Shown one piece after another: positions 54,351 through 64,000 of a stretch of 64,000 nt of DNA. Every line of letters begins with the position of its first letter. The stretch's first letter is position 1. Position numbers and translations under genes: made by a program. The stretch is from an uncultured virus (IMG/VR IMGVR_UViG_3300025151_000026) (lineage: Duplodnaviria; Heunggongvirae; Uroviricota; Caudoviricetes), in the IMG/VR virus record IMGVR_UViG_3300025151_000026, one strand, 5' to 3'. The notes beneath the pieces were generated by a model. The model saw nothing but the letters and a program-made list of their open reading frames with translations. It was not told the DNA's origin and did no database searches.

Positions 54351-57300
54351 TCAAATCCAATTGACACGACCACCGTTAGAGGAATCAGTAAGGGCTATAC
54401 CATACCAATCTCGTCCATCAGTATAAACAGTAATAGAACCGGGGGCATCAAACTGACACCCTCCGATAATTCCCCAAACACGGGCAGCCGAGAAATCCAC
54501 AAAGGCAGGTATTCCAGATTGGTCAAGATTATGAATAGTCCAAATAGTTCCGGGCGGTAAACCTGCACCACCAAAGGCACTGGAAGGATCTGGCATAACA
54601 ATGGCACTACCGCCGGGGTCTGCCGCCACAATAAAGACAGCCATAGTATTTAGACAAGTGCCTGCACCACCGAGGTCTTCAAAAGTCCAATTACCTAATG
54701 TAAGGTCTACGACTGGATTAACAGTAGCCGAACTGCCCACAGTTTGCCCGGGGAATTGCATATTGCTTTCAATCCTAAGACCACCCAAAGGCGCAGCATA
54801 ATTGGAAGCCTCTGGTCCAATTAAAAGTTGTGCGGGACTTTGTTGGAAAGTAAAATTAGTGCCAGCAGTAACAGAGATTCTGTCGCCACCTGCATCTACG
54901 CCGAAAGCACCTGTGAGGTTTTGAGTGTTGGCAATAAAATTAGCAGTAGCAGTTTGACCTGCATTGACGATTAAACCTGCGGCAGCAGAATAAGTTAAAC
55001 CAGCATCTCCACCGAAAGAACCTCCATCGTTAAATTGAACTTGGGTGTTTGAACCGCCGGGAGAACCACCACCTCCACCGCCTGTGGCGGCGATAGTAAT
55101 AGAACCTGCACCATTGGTGATAGAAATACCAGAACCTGCGGTCAAGGTGGCAGCGTCCCAGACTCCACCTGCGTTGTCACCAATCAATAATTGTCCATCA
55201 GAAGGCGATGCACCGTTGTATTGACTAAACTTACCAGCGTTAAACTGAACGTTACCACTGTTTTTGGCTGAGAGCACAGTAGCGTTTCCAGCAAAGATAA
55301 CGGCATCGTTACCCGAAGCACCTATACCAACGTGTGATACGCTACTGGTGCTGTTATCACGGAAAGAAATACGAGCCGTAGCATCAGTAGACTCAAACAA
55401 AGCCAAGTTGTTAGTGGTAGCACCATTTATGTGCAAAAATTGGCTCGGATCTTGAGTTCCAATACCTAATTTACCTCCGGCAGTAAGAGTCATGTTAATA
55501 GTAGGCACCGTAGCCGCACCTACGCCCGCAGGGGCTGTTAGGAAGTGCATATCCATACCACCTTTGTCGTCAGCAGCATAGGTTTCAACAGCCTCGCCTA
55601 TGATACCAGCGGTCCACTTGGGATTGGTAGTGGTGAAGTCAGGATCGGTAGAACCAAACTTTAGGGCAGGAGTATATTTAGAAGTGGTGTTCATACCTTT
55701 GGCTGTCAACCACCAACCGGGCATCCCGTTGGTAAGGCTGCTATCACCACTGCTACTGGAAAACAAACCACCTGTTAGTTCTGCAAAACCACCTGTTTGG
55801 CTGTTACTGCCTTCTACTTCTAAAGTATAACTCGGAGCCGAGGTTTTTCCTACGGCTAATTTACTTTCTACATTCATATCCATAGTAGATTGAACGGTAA
55901 ACAAATTGTTGACATCGCTGATTCGCATTCTTTCAGTAGGTCCTGAAGCGGCACCTGTGCGCCAAATAATTAAGTTATCTCCACCGGCTGAACCACCAGA
56001 GTTGTGAACAGACTGCAGATATAATGCTTTTTTGTTAGATTCTGCGGACTCAGAATTGATAAAACTACCAGATGCGTCCTCGTTCTGCATAGACAGATAT
56101 TGAGTGGCTACTCCTGTGCGTTGTAAACGCACTTCAGGGTTGTCGTCATCAATACCAATAATATGTAAGGAAGATGCCGGGGCATTGGTTCCAATTCCTA
56201 AACGATCGTTAGCAGTATCCCAGAAAAGATTATTATCGCCTTCAATAGTGTCAGCAGATGCACCATAGGCTACTTGTCCAGCAGCAATTGTGCCTGAAAT
56301 ATCGGGTGCTGAGCCACTGGAAGCAGCCGTTAGTCGGCCTTGAGCATCAACAGTAATGCTGGCACGAGTATAACTTCCAGCCGTAACGGTGGTATTAGCC
56401 AAAGCAGGTGCAGCGTCAGAACGCATAAATGTAGTAGCCGAACCATTGACAGCAGAACCACTCACAGTAGCCGAAGGATTGGCTCCAGAAGGTTGAGTAA
56501 TACCTACTGAGGTAGCACCTGTAATTCTACCTTGAGCATCTACGGTAAATTGTCCTACTTCGGTAGCAGAACCATAAGTGGCAGGCGTAACAGCAGTGTT
56601 ATCCAGATTAACGGTGACCGTATCAGTAGCCCCTACCACAGTGCTAATACCCGTTCCACCTGCAATATCAACCGTTTGTCCATCTTCTACTATTTGGTTA
56701 GAACCAGAATCCGCAGTTAAAGTCCAACTGGTCATCTGGCCCGGTGCCGCACCACTACTGGCAGCAGTAATACGACCTTGCTGATCGACCGTAATAGAAG
56801 AATAAGTATAACTTCCCGGAGTTACGGCTGTATCATCAAGATTAACAGTCACGGTGTCTGTAGCACTGGCTACGCTGCTAAGACCAGTCCCACCTGCAAT
56901 CGTGACAAGGTTGTTGTCACTCACGGTTTCCGTAGTTCCAGAATCTCCTGTGAGTCGCCAATTAGAAAACGGGAAGTTAATCAGAGTGTCAGCAGCCGCA
57001 GTAAGTCTACCCTGTGCGTCTACGGTAAAGGTAGCAATTGTGGAGGAACTTCCATAGGAGTTAGCCGTAACCGTCGTGTCATCTAAGTTAATAGTAACAG
57101 TATCAGTAGCACCAACTACGGTGCTAATACCTGTGCCTCCGGCAATATCCATGGTATTGCCAATAGATACAGTTTGGTCAGAACCAGAATCAGCAGTTAA
57201 GGTAAATCCTGATAATAAGGAGTTAGTGGCTAAAGTAATTCTACCTTGTTGGTCTACATTAAACACTGGAACTGTAGTAGCAGAACCATATGTGCCGGGG

Positions 57301-58526
57301 GTGACCGCCGTATCATCTAAGTTAAGGGTAACTGTGTCGGTAGCAGTAACAGCAGAAGTGAGTGCAGTTCCACCTAAAACTTGCACGGTATTGCCGTCTG
57401 CAACCGTTTGCGTAGCAGAACCATCTGATAGAATCCATGAACTCATAGTTCCGGGCGCAGCACCAGAACTCGCTGCGGTCAGTCTTCCTTGTTGATCTAC
57501 TGTGATAGAAGCGTAAGTGTAGGATCCGGGAGTAACTGCAGTATCATCTAAAGTAAAAGTAACTGTTTCAGGAACAGAAACAGCAGTAGTAATTCCAGTT
57601 CCACCTGTAAATTGCAGGGTGTCGCCATCATCAACAGTTGCTGTATTACTGCCATCACCTCTGATAAGAAATGAACTCATAGTTCCACCAGAATTGGTGA
57701 TCTGAATAGAACCTCCCAAGTTTTGGATAGTAATACCTGACCCAGCCGTCAGAGTAGCAGCATCAAAAGTTCCACCAGCAGCATTTCCAATCAACAGTTG
57801 TCCATCGGCTGGCGCAGTGTCATTATAATCTCCCAACTTACCAATCATTCTCATAGATTTATCTGCTTTGAGTTGCACAGCCAATTGAGAATTATTTACT
57901 TCTAAGTTAATCACTCCAGTAGCCGCACGGGTTTCCAGAACTAAGTTATCACCACTACTACCGACAACGGGTGGAGCAGAGGTCGCAGTATCTTCAAACT
58001 GAATCAATGCGGGGAATCCCGACAGGTTGCTAAACTTGCCGACGAAACTCAAGGAATTGTCGGCTTGCGCTTCAAAGACACGACCCTGTAAGGGAAGTGC
58101 TCCCGTCCCAATAGTCAATCGTCCACCGTTTCCAGCCCCTCCCACAGCAGCAGGTCCGACAACTAAAGTATCATTTCCAGAATTATAAATAAAATCTCCA
58201 TCTCCTCCGATGGTATCAGCACCAGTGCCGTAGGCTACTTGAGTATTAGCAATAGTTCCACCAATGCCTCCTGCACCTGCCGCCGTAGCCTGAGTAGTTC
58301 CATCTGCGAAAGTAAGCACACCACCTGCACCCGCAGTAAGAGTAAGATTAACACCCTGCACCAAACCTGTGCCGTGAATATCACCCGATACGGCTAAGGC
58401 ATAACCGGGGTTTGTAGTCCCAATTCCCACCCGAGCACGAGTAGAATCAACAACTAAAGTGTTATTAACATCATCAATGATGTAAACACTGTTGCCACTC
58501 ACGGTGGTCTGAGTGATCTCCGTCAT
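54351..58526 (-). CDS. long fibre/spike protein with repeated DDTAVTPGSY...ITVDQQGRLTAA units
   Basis: Six such repeats, several RxGIGT motifs, G/T/S/A-rich; start MTEIT. Confidence 0.8.
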   Translation of the reverse strand: MTEITQTTVSGNSVYIIDDVNNTLVVDSTRARVGIGTTNPGYALAVSGDIHGTGLVQGVNLTLTAGAGGVLTFADGTTQATAAGAGGIGGTIANTQVAYGTGADTIGGDGDFIYNSGNDTLVVGPAAVGGAGNGGRLTIGTGALPLQGRVFEAQADNSLSFVGKFSNLSGFPALIQFEDTATSAPPVVGSSGDNLVLETRAATGVINLEVNNSQLAVQLKADKSMRMIGKLGDYNDTAPADGQLLIGNAAGGTFDAATLTAGSGITIQNLGGSIQITNSGGTMSSFLIRGDGSNTATVDDGDTLQFTGGTGITTAVSVPETVTFTLDDTAVTPGSYTYASITVDQQGRLTAASSGAAPGTMSSWILSDGSATQTVADGNTVQVLGGTALTSAVTATDTVTLNLDDTAVTPGTYGSATTVPVFNVDQQGRITLATNSLLSGFTLTADSGSDQTVSIGNTMDIAGGTGISTVVGATDTVTINLDDTTVTANSYGSSSTIATFTVDAQGRLTAAADTLINFPFSNWRLTGDSGTTETVSDNNLVTIAGGTGLSSVASATDTVTVNLDDTAVTPGSYTYSSITVDQQGRITAASSGAAPGQMTSWTLTADSGSNQIVEDGQTVDIAGGTGISTVVGATDTVTVNLDNTAVTPATYGSATEVGQFTVDAQGRITGATSVGITQPSGANPSATVSGSAVNGSATTFMRSDAAPALANTTVTAGSYTRASITVDAQGRLTAASSGSAPDISGTIAAGQVAYGASADTIEGDNNLFWDTANDRLGIGTNAPASSLHIIGIDDDNPEVRLQRTGVATQYLSMQNEDASGSFINSESAESNKKALYLQSVHNSGGSAGGDNLIIWRTGAASGPTERMRISDVNNLFTVQSTMDMNVESKLAVGKTSAPSYTLEVEGSNSQTGGFAELTGGLFSSSSGDSSLTNGMPGWWLTAKGMNTTSKYTPALKFGSTDPDFTTTNPKWTAGIIGEAVETYAADDKGGMDMHFLTAPAGVGAATVPTINMTLTAGGKLGIGTQDPSQFLHINGATTNNLALFESTDATARISFRDNSTSSVSHVGIGASGNDAVIFAGNATVLSAKNSGNVQFNAGKFSQYNGASPSDGQLLIGDNAGGVWDAATLTAGSGISITNGAGSITIAATGGGGGGSPGGSNTQVQFNDGGSFGGDAGLTYSAAAGLIVNAGQTATANFIANTQNLTGAFGVDAGGDRISVTAGTNFTFQQSPAQLLIGPEASNYAAPLGGLRIESNMQFPGQTVGSSATVNPVVDLTLGNWTFEDLGGAGTCLNTMAVFIVAADPGGSAIVMPDPSSAFGGAGLPPGTIWTIHNLDQSGIPAFVDFSAARVWGIIGGCQFDAPGSITVYTDGRDWYGIALTDSSNGGRVNWI

Positions 58527-58564
58527 GGTAAATATATCTCCGCACAACTATTTATTAGTTGTCA

Positions 58565-60013
58565 TCAGTCTTCACAGAAACTGGTGTTAATCACAGCATT
58601 TCCGCTACCTGCTGGAGTAGTCAAAGTAAATCTAAGTGTGTTGGCACCGCCTGTGCCGACAGAAACATTGAGTGCGTCGTTGCCGGGGACGATAACAAAG
58701 AGAAACTCTGGAAGCAAGGGTGCACCTGTAGAACGAGTAACTACGCCTGAAACCTGAAGATATCCAGTGTTGGCAGTAACGGTGTCTTCCAACATGATTT
58801 GAGCGAAATATCCAGCGTTAGCACGAGTTCCAGTTGGAATGCTAACATCAAAGTTTTGAGTTACTCCGGCGGTGTAAGTTCCAGTAGTAACCGAACCTGA
58901 ACCACCTGTGGCAGCAATAGAAATAGAACCTCCACCGTTAGTAATGCTAATACCTGTGCCAGCCGTCAGAGTAGCCTTGTCTAAAGTATTACCTGTGGAA
59001 TTACCAATCAATAATTGTCCATCGGTGTAAGAAGTTTGTCCAGTTCCACCGTAAGCCACGCCAACGGCAGTTCCTTCCCAAGTCCCGGTGTTGATAGTGC
59101 CTACGGCAGTAAGTGAAGAAATCGTAACTCCCGAACCCAATTCGGTAGCCGACAAAACTTCAGTTCCGTTAACGCTGTATACCTTGCCCGTGGCCACGTC
59201 CAGACCCGAGGAAGATGATAGCGCACCGCCATCAGACAAAGTAAGGAAAGTAACGGTGTTAGCCCCGACGTTAGATAATATATTTAATCCAGACGCAGCG
59301 TTAGATCCAACTCCTGCACCAGCAGCATCAGAGTTGAGGTCAATAACTTTATCTTCTACACGCAAGTTAGTGGAGTCAATAAAGGTAGTAGTTCCCTCTA
59401 CAGTTAAACTTCCCGGGAAAACAGTAGTGGTAGTAGCCCCACCCACAGTCAGGGTATTGGCTCCCAGTGAACCGAAAATAGTAGCGTTTCCAGCCGCAGC
59501 ATCAATAGCCGTAGTGTTGTTACCAACTACTAAATTATTAACGGTGACTCCACCCGCCTTATCGGTAGTAAATGCTGCATCAGCACCGAAAGCACCACCG
59601 TCGTTGTATTGCACTTGCCCGTCTACACCGGCAGGAGTGCCTGCTGCACCGGCTAAGAAGTTAGCACGAGTTTGTTGTTTCAGAGCGTTATCAGTAGCAT
59701 CTAAAATTAAAATTAAATCAGCATCATCAGCAGTAGCCGTGGCTGCTTTACCAGAAATAATAGCAGGCTGAGCCGTGGTAGCACCTGTGTTAGTTATCGT
59801 AATGTCGCCAGAAACATCAACCGCCGTGGCTGTGCCTGCATTAGAAACGATAATTTGACCATCAGTCATGGTAACTTGAGTCAATTGTTTATTGACATCT
59901 ACCGCCACAATACCTAATCCAGTAGTGAAATCATCTATTTGCACCGCACCATCTAAAATAATGGTGGTATCCTCGATCTCGTAAGAGGTCGTGGTCTGGA
60001 TAATCTTGGCCAT
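58565..60013 (-). CDS. fibre/spike-like structural protein
   Basis: GSLTVEGTTT..DSTNLRVEDK, GTWEGT..VAYGGTG, GQLLIGN motifs typical of viral fibres. Confidence 0.75.
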   Translation of the reverse strand: MAKIIQTTTSYEIEDTTIILDGAVQIDDFTTGLGIVAVDVNKQLTQVTMTDGQIIVSNAGTATAVDVSGDITITNTGATTAQPAIISGKAATATADDADLILILDATDNALKQQTRANFLAGAAGTPAGVDGQVQYNDGGAFGADAAFTTDKAGGVTVNNLVVGNNTTAIDAAAGNATIFGSLGANTLTVGGATTTTVFPGSLTVEGTTTFIDSTNLRVEDKVIDLNSDAAGAGVGSNAASGLNILSNVGANTVTFLTLSDGGALSSSSGLDVATGKVYSVNGTEVLSATELGSGVTISSLTAVGTINTGTWEGTAVGVAYGGTGQTSYTDGQLLIGNSTGNTLDKATLTAGTGISITNGGGSISIAATGGSGSVTTGTYTAGVTQNFDVSIPTGTRANAGYFAQIMLEDTVTANTGYLQVSGVVTRSTGAPLLPEFLFVIVPGNDALNVSVGTGGANTLRFTLTTPAGSGNAVINTSFCED

Positions 60014-60050
60014 AAATATATTTTCACTTGCCAACTATTTATATTTGTGC

Positions 60051-60920
60051 TCAATCAATAACCTGAGCCGTAGTTACCCAACCGACCCAATCAATAGTTT
60101 GTCCGGCTGCACCAGTAACGGCAATAACTAAATTAACACCGGAAACGGTAGCGTCTACTTGATAAGTGCCAGCCGAAGAATCGTGCACAATAAACTCAAA
60201 CACCGCACCTAAGATAGAAGCGGTTCCTCCACCACGAGTCACGGCTCCTTTTAGTTGCACGGTGATAGAATCCGAACTGGAATCTACTTTACCCACAACA
60301 TGAGCATCAAAAAACCAAGTGGAATTGGTTTGCAGTCCCATGGTTCCGCCGCCGGGGGTGAGGGTCATAGGGGTAATCGTGGCATCAGTGGTTGTAACCC
60401 CAAGAAGATAAGAAGCATGACGATTTTCATCATTTAAGGCCGCCGGTTGAACAATGGTTCCTCCTTCGGGTATAATCTGTAGTTCGCCCGCCACATCAGA
60501 ATACAGATCGGTGTAATAAGTGCCGTCATAATCTAAGCGTAGTTGCGTAGTAACTTCTTCTACATGGAGTTTACGAGCCGGAGTTTGAGTTCCGATACCG
60601 ACTCTTAAGTTGGCTGCATCATAGAAAAATTGAGCCGTAGCACCAGCGAAACCACCCGCACCATTGTTGTATTGCACGGCACCAGAAGCACCACCGGGCG
60701 CACCTCCGCCACCACCGCCACCTCCGGTGACAATGGAGACTACGCCTCCGCCTTCATCAGTTAAGGTGCCATTAGTAACTTTAATTGTAGTTACTGGGGT
60801 GACAGTAGGATTACCGTCTTGTTCTTCCACGGTAAGATTAGAGCCACCTCCGCCTCCACCAGAGGTAGATGTGACAGCAGTAACGCCAGTAAACTTAATT
60901 TTACGATTAGCGTGTGCCAT
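60051..60920 (-). CDS. fibre/spike-like structural protein
   Basis: PGGASGAVQYN, RVGIGTQTP, poly-Gly hinges. Confidence 0.7.
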   Translation of the reverse strand: MAHANRKIKFTGVTAVTSTSGGGGGGSNLTVEEQDGNPTVTPVTTIKVTNGTLTDEGGGVVSIVTGGGGGGGGAPGGASGAVQYNNGAGGFAGATAQFFYDAANLRVGIGTQTPARKLHVEEVTTQLRLDYDGTYYTDLYSDVAGELQIIPEGGTIVQPAALNDENRHASYLLGVTTTDATITPMTLTPGGGTMGLQTNSTWFFDAHVVGKVDSSSDSITVQLKGAVTRGGGTASILGAVFEFIVHDSSAGTYQVDATVSGVNLVIAVTGAAGQTIDWVGWVTTAQVID

Positions 60921-60955
60921 AATAAATATAATGATGCCTTGTTATTTATAGGTTA

Positions 60956-61513
60956 TCAACCTATGATGACATAGTTGACGTTGTAATTTAATGCACCGCC
61001 AGTAGGATTGATAATTTCTGCGCTGATGGTAAAAGATGTGCTGGCACTCCGACTACGAATTACAGCAGGGGAGGCTATTTCCAGACCTGTTTCTAATTCT
61101 ATTGAGAAAACAATAACATTTGTAGCCGTAACTGCGGTATCAGTAACTACAATTTGGGAAATATTACCTCCGCTGCCTGCAACAGAACCACTTTGGTCTC
61201 CAGAAACAATACCATCTAACTTAGTTTTATCTGCGGCAGACATAGAACCGGCAGCACTGGTGGTAGCCGCACTGATTCCAATAGTTCCTGTGCCGGTAAT
61301 GGTGCCACCTGTGATCGGAGCCGAAGTAGCCACTGAAGTAACACCAGCACCGCCACCGCCTCCGCCAGTGGTAATAGTAACGCTATTTCCTGTGCTGGCA
61401 GTAATAGAGCCTGCAGAAACAATAATTTCTTTTACATTGTTGTTAGTAGTGCTACCATCAGTAACAACTAAACCACCTGATGTAACTCCAGTAAATGAAA
61501 TTGGATTGCCCAT
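60956..61513 (-). CDS. small fibre-like structural protein
   Basis: VTSVAT..PITGGTIT..GTI and GSMSAADKTKLDG motifs. Confidence 0.7.
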   Translation of the reverse strand: MGNPISFTGVTSGGLVVTDGSTTNNNVKEIIVSAGSITASTGNSVTITTGGGGGGAGVTSVATSAPITGGTITGTGTIGISAATTSAAGSMSAADKTKLDGIVSGDQSGSVAGSGGNISQIVVTDTAVTATNVIVFSIELETGLEIASPAVIRSRSASTSFTISAEIINPTGGALNYNVNYVIIG

Positions 61514-61522
61514 TTAGTCACC

Positions 61523-62467
61523 TCAAGATTGTAGTTTAGCACGAGAAGTGTCATCATAACCATCTTGGGTTTCAGTCCAACCAGAGAAACAAGCGTCCAT
61601 AACACCAGTTGAGATAGCACTACCTGTGCGGTTGATAACACGGAAAACAATTTGCTTTTCTACACTGATTGGAACATCAAAGTCCCACATATCACGCTTA
61701 GGTGAAGTTGGTGCCCATTGGAAATCTTGCCATTGTAAGAATAAAGCACCATCTACCCAAAGTTCATAAAACATACCCGAAGTCGGTGTAGTCAAAGAAG
61801 ATGGTTCCGAATGACCGAAAGATGCTACAACATACAGTTCACCTGTGCTTCCTACGGAAACAGTTCCGCCAACAGAGGCTGCGGTTGAACCTGAACCTAC
61901 TGGGAAGGGGTTGGTAGCCGCATTAGTAACAGAATTAAGACCTGTAAAGGTTTGGGGTGGAATCTGTGGAGTTGAGGCTGCTGTATAATCAGCACGAGCC
62001 ACTACTTCGTCCAAAACACCATCAGCATTGGAGTCACGCCAAGTATTGTCACCCAAAACATCGGCTACGTTAATAACTACCATATCTACATAAGCGTTGT
62101 TATCAAATTGATTAGCGTTAGCCAAAGTGCCATCAGCGTTGTAGGTATCTAAAGTAGTAAAATCAATACGCTGGCGTTGAATCAAGTTGGCAGAATTGCC
62201 TTTACTAACCATGTGCCAAGGATAATTACTGTAATCAATGGGAATACCTTCAAGTCCTGCTTGTGGGGTTGCACGGACGGGGCGGCGAAAGGTCTGGGGG
62301 TCAACTCCCGGTCTCACCACCTGTGTTGCTGCAGTTGATACTGTAGAATAAGATGAAAGTGGAGGTGGGTTAGATTGAACGGCATTTCCTTTTTGTGAAT
62401 AACCCGTCTGGAATGCCTTCTTACGATACGGGCGTTTTATATCCCTGATCTTCTCGCCAGTGGTCAT
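61523..62467 (-). CDS. putative structural protein with possible jelly-roll C-terminal domain
   Basis: Basic N-terminus; beta-rich C-terminus FYELWVDG...FDVPISV..IVFRVIN...FSGW. Confidence 0.5.
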   Translation of the reverse strand: MTTGEKIRDIKRPYRKKAFQTGYSQKGNAVQSNPPPLSSYSTVSTAATQVVRPGVDPQTFRRPVRATPQAGLEGIPIDYSNYPWHMVSKGNSANLIQRQRIDFTTLDTYNADGTLANANQFDNNAYVDMVVINVADVLGDNTWRDSNADGVLDEVVARADYTAASTPQIPPQTFTGLNSVTNAATNPFPVGSGSTAASVGGTVSVGSTGELYVVASFGHSEPSSLTTPTSGMFYELWVDGALFLQWQDFQWAPTSPKRDMWDFDVPISVEKQIVFRVINRTGSAISTGVMDACFSGWTETQDGYDDTSRAKLQS

Positions 62468-62502
62468 GTAATATATGCCTCCTTTCTACTATTTATACTT
62501 AC

Positions 62503-63999
62503 TCATCTATTTCTGGCACGGATTCCACGCTTGCGATGGTAGGCTTTGTCTCTAATTTCTTGTCGCTTACGCCATTCCTTCATTAAAATTAAATATCTTT
62601 CATAGGTGTCTGGTTGTAGCCCTTCCATGTTCAAAATCATGCGTTTATACCAATCTACACTATCAGGGTGAATATCTATACCTAATTTGAGTAATTTATG
62701 ACAAATGAGGGCATCTGCACCTTCAAAAAGCCAATAATCTAAGAAGACACGGGCAAAATCCCAAAGAGTGCTCGGTCGGGTTGTAATATTAAGAGGCTCA
62801 CCACCCAAAGGCCGATAACCTACTCGTTCTAAATAATAAGGAAAGGTTTGCATATCGGTAAAAACCGTATATTCTACATCCCAAGTTTGGCCGGGAAGCA
62901 CATAAACATTAGGTTTCAAGGCATATTGAGGCACAGCAATACCGGGTTGCACTGGAAATGGGGCTGCATCGCCTGAAATGCCGGGGCTGGTGGTGCCATC
63001 AGGATTTTCATAATAACGACTATCATTAACCACTAAATTAACGAAACCATTGGGCTTAAAATCAGAAACGAAAGTTATTTCATTGGAGTTAGGATATCTA
63101 ACAAAATAACGAGGTCCTTGTGGGGCAGCAGTAGTCCAATTATTTTCATAACGATTAGGTGGAGTAATAGGTCCGTGTCTACCTGTCCCCGAATAAGTGG
63201 TGGCATAAGTGGTAACGGGAGCACTACCACCCAATTTACCAAACGAAGGAAAATATCTAATTCGCATTTGTGGTGGGGCTTGAGTAGGTCGGTTACGGGC
63301 TAAAGAAAAAACCCATTGAATCTTAACTTTACCTGCATCTTGGTTAACGAAACCTCCTTCATACTCCATAGGTCCATAATCTCCCGTATCACCGGCGGCT
63401 ACATCGTCAGCATCAGGCACATACATTTCAAAAGTAACGCCTAAGTTGCTTTGAGCACCATAGGGTTGTGGATAAAGTCCCACGATACCTTGGTCGTAAT
63501 CTGGTTCACAGACATAACCATGCCGATCTTGTTGAAGTGTGCCATCAGGATTGGGTTGAGCAAACTCTTCTACATTAGCCAGACTGTTAGCAGGATAAAT
63601 AATAGAATTAACAATAACATCTGCAAACGTAACACCGGGTCCTAATGTGGTAGCACGAGTGTCACTTTCTGTAAAGAACAAACCACGATAATAAGCATTA
63701 TCATATTCCACAATACTTGGACTTCTCGGTAAGCCAGTAGAAGTTGGTTTTTGAAGAGGGTATCCAAACGCTACTTGAACAGGTGTCCATGCCTCTTCAG
63801 GAAGATCCTTAGCAGTAGTTCCGGGTGGTAGATTACGCTCACAATAATCAATGGATTGAATACGAGCACCACTGATTTGTTGCCCATTTATATTTAAATC
63901 TATTACTAAGGTATCAAAGGCATAAGAAGGAGTAAGAGTGGGATCTGGTAAAATGCCGGGGGTGGACCCGAAATTATTGAAAACTAAGAACTGGTCGGC
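62503..63999 (-). CDS. putative structural protein, 5'-truncated by the window
   Basis: Frame stays open from 63711 to the window end (checked by hand); Pro/aromatic-rich, beta-rich. Confidence 0.6.
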   Translation of the reverse strand, partial: ADQFLVFNNFGSTPGILPDPTLTPSYAFDTLVIDLNINGQQISGARIQSIDYCERNLPPGTTAKDLPEEAWTPVQVAFGYPLQKPTSTGLPRSPSIVEYDNAYYRGLFFTESDTRATTLGPGVTFADVIVNSIIYPANSLANVEEFAQPNPDGTLQQDRHGYVCEPDYDQGIVGLYPQPYGAQSNLGVTFEMYVPDADDVAAGDTGDYGPMEYEGGFVNQDAGKVKIQWVFSLARNRPTQAPPQMRIRYFPSFGKLGGSAPVTTYATTYSGTGRHGPITPPNRYENNWTTAAPQGPRYFVRYPNSNEITFVSDFKPNGFVNLVVNDSRYYENPDGTTSPGISGDAAPFPVQPGIAVPQYALKPNVYVLPGQTWDVEYTVFTDMQTFPYYLERVGYRPLGGEPLNITTRPSTLWDFARVFLDYWLFEGADALICHKLLKLGIDIHPDSVDWYKRMILNMEGLQPDTYERYLILMKEWRKRQEIRDKAYHRKRGIRARNR

Positions 64000-64000
64000 T

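Noticed and set aside
56330..57560. Repeated units of about 300 bp as a mobile or diversity-generating element
   Set aside because: They are degenerate protein-level fibre repeats; no reverse transcriptase or template/variable repeat pair seen.
159..63645. Numerous 60-230 aa ORFs antisense or out of frame to longer genes in the ORF track
   Set aside because: Shadow ORFs without promoter, RBS or motif support.
1..64000. Cellular archaeal chromosome, tRNA/rRNA genes, integrase or transposase
   Set aside because: No translation genes or cloverleafs recognised, high orphan density with fibre genes, and no recombinase or IS motifs seen; a tRNA scan was not run.

Overview
AT-rich, densely coded 64 kb segment that reads as part of a large archaeal virus or virus-like element. 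I found no rRNA, tRNA or ribosomal-protein genes. A Thermoplasmatota / marine Poseidoniales host is my inference from the flavour of TFB, DP2, ferredoxin and geranylgeranyl reductase. It encodes an archaeal-type replication, repair and transcription kit (PriS-like primase, PolD large subunit DP2, divergent MCM, DinG/XPD helicase, Cas4-like and Hjc-like nucleases, Fpg/Nei, TFB). It also carries host-type metabolic genes (geranylgeranyl reductase, 7Fe ferredoxin, two glycosyltransferases, PAP2, PP2C), many orphan ORFs and a minus-strand fibre/structural module at the right end. The best candidate for an undescribed system is a pair of mosaic 'cargo' polyproteins (635 and 1649 aa) in which unrelated domains are separated by a recurring (F/Y)-x-A-(E/D) linker, next to a membrane-anchored JAB/MPN protease-like gene. 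A second short tag, [S/A/T/V]-I-N-x, recurs at the termini of more than a dozen orphan proteins. Other signals: TATA promoters in two flavours at a fixed 30-31 nt from start codons, a promoter-driven structured ncRNA whose bulged hairpin recurs elsewhere, and apparent restriction-site avoidance with TCGA seen only where GATC overlaps it. All family assignments are from motif recognition by eye; no searches were run.
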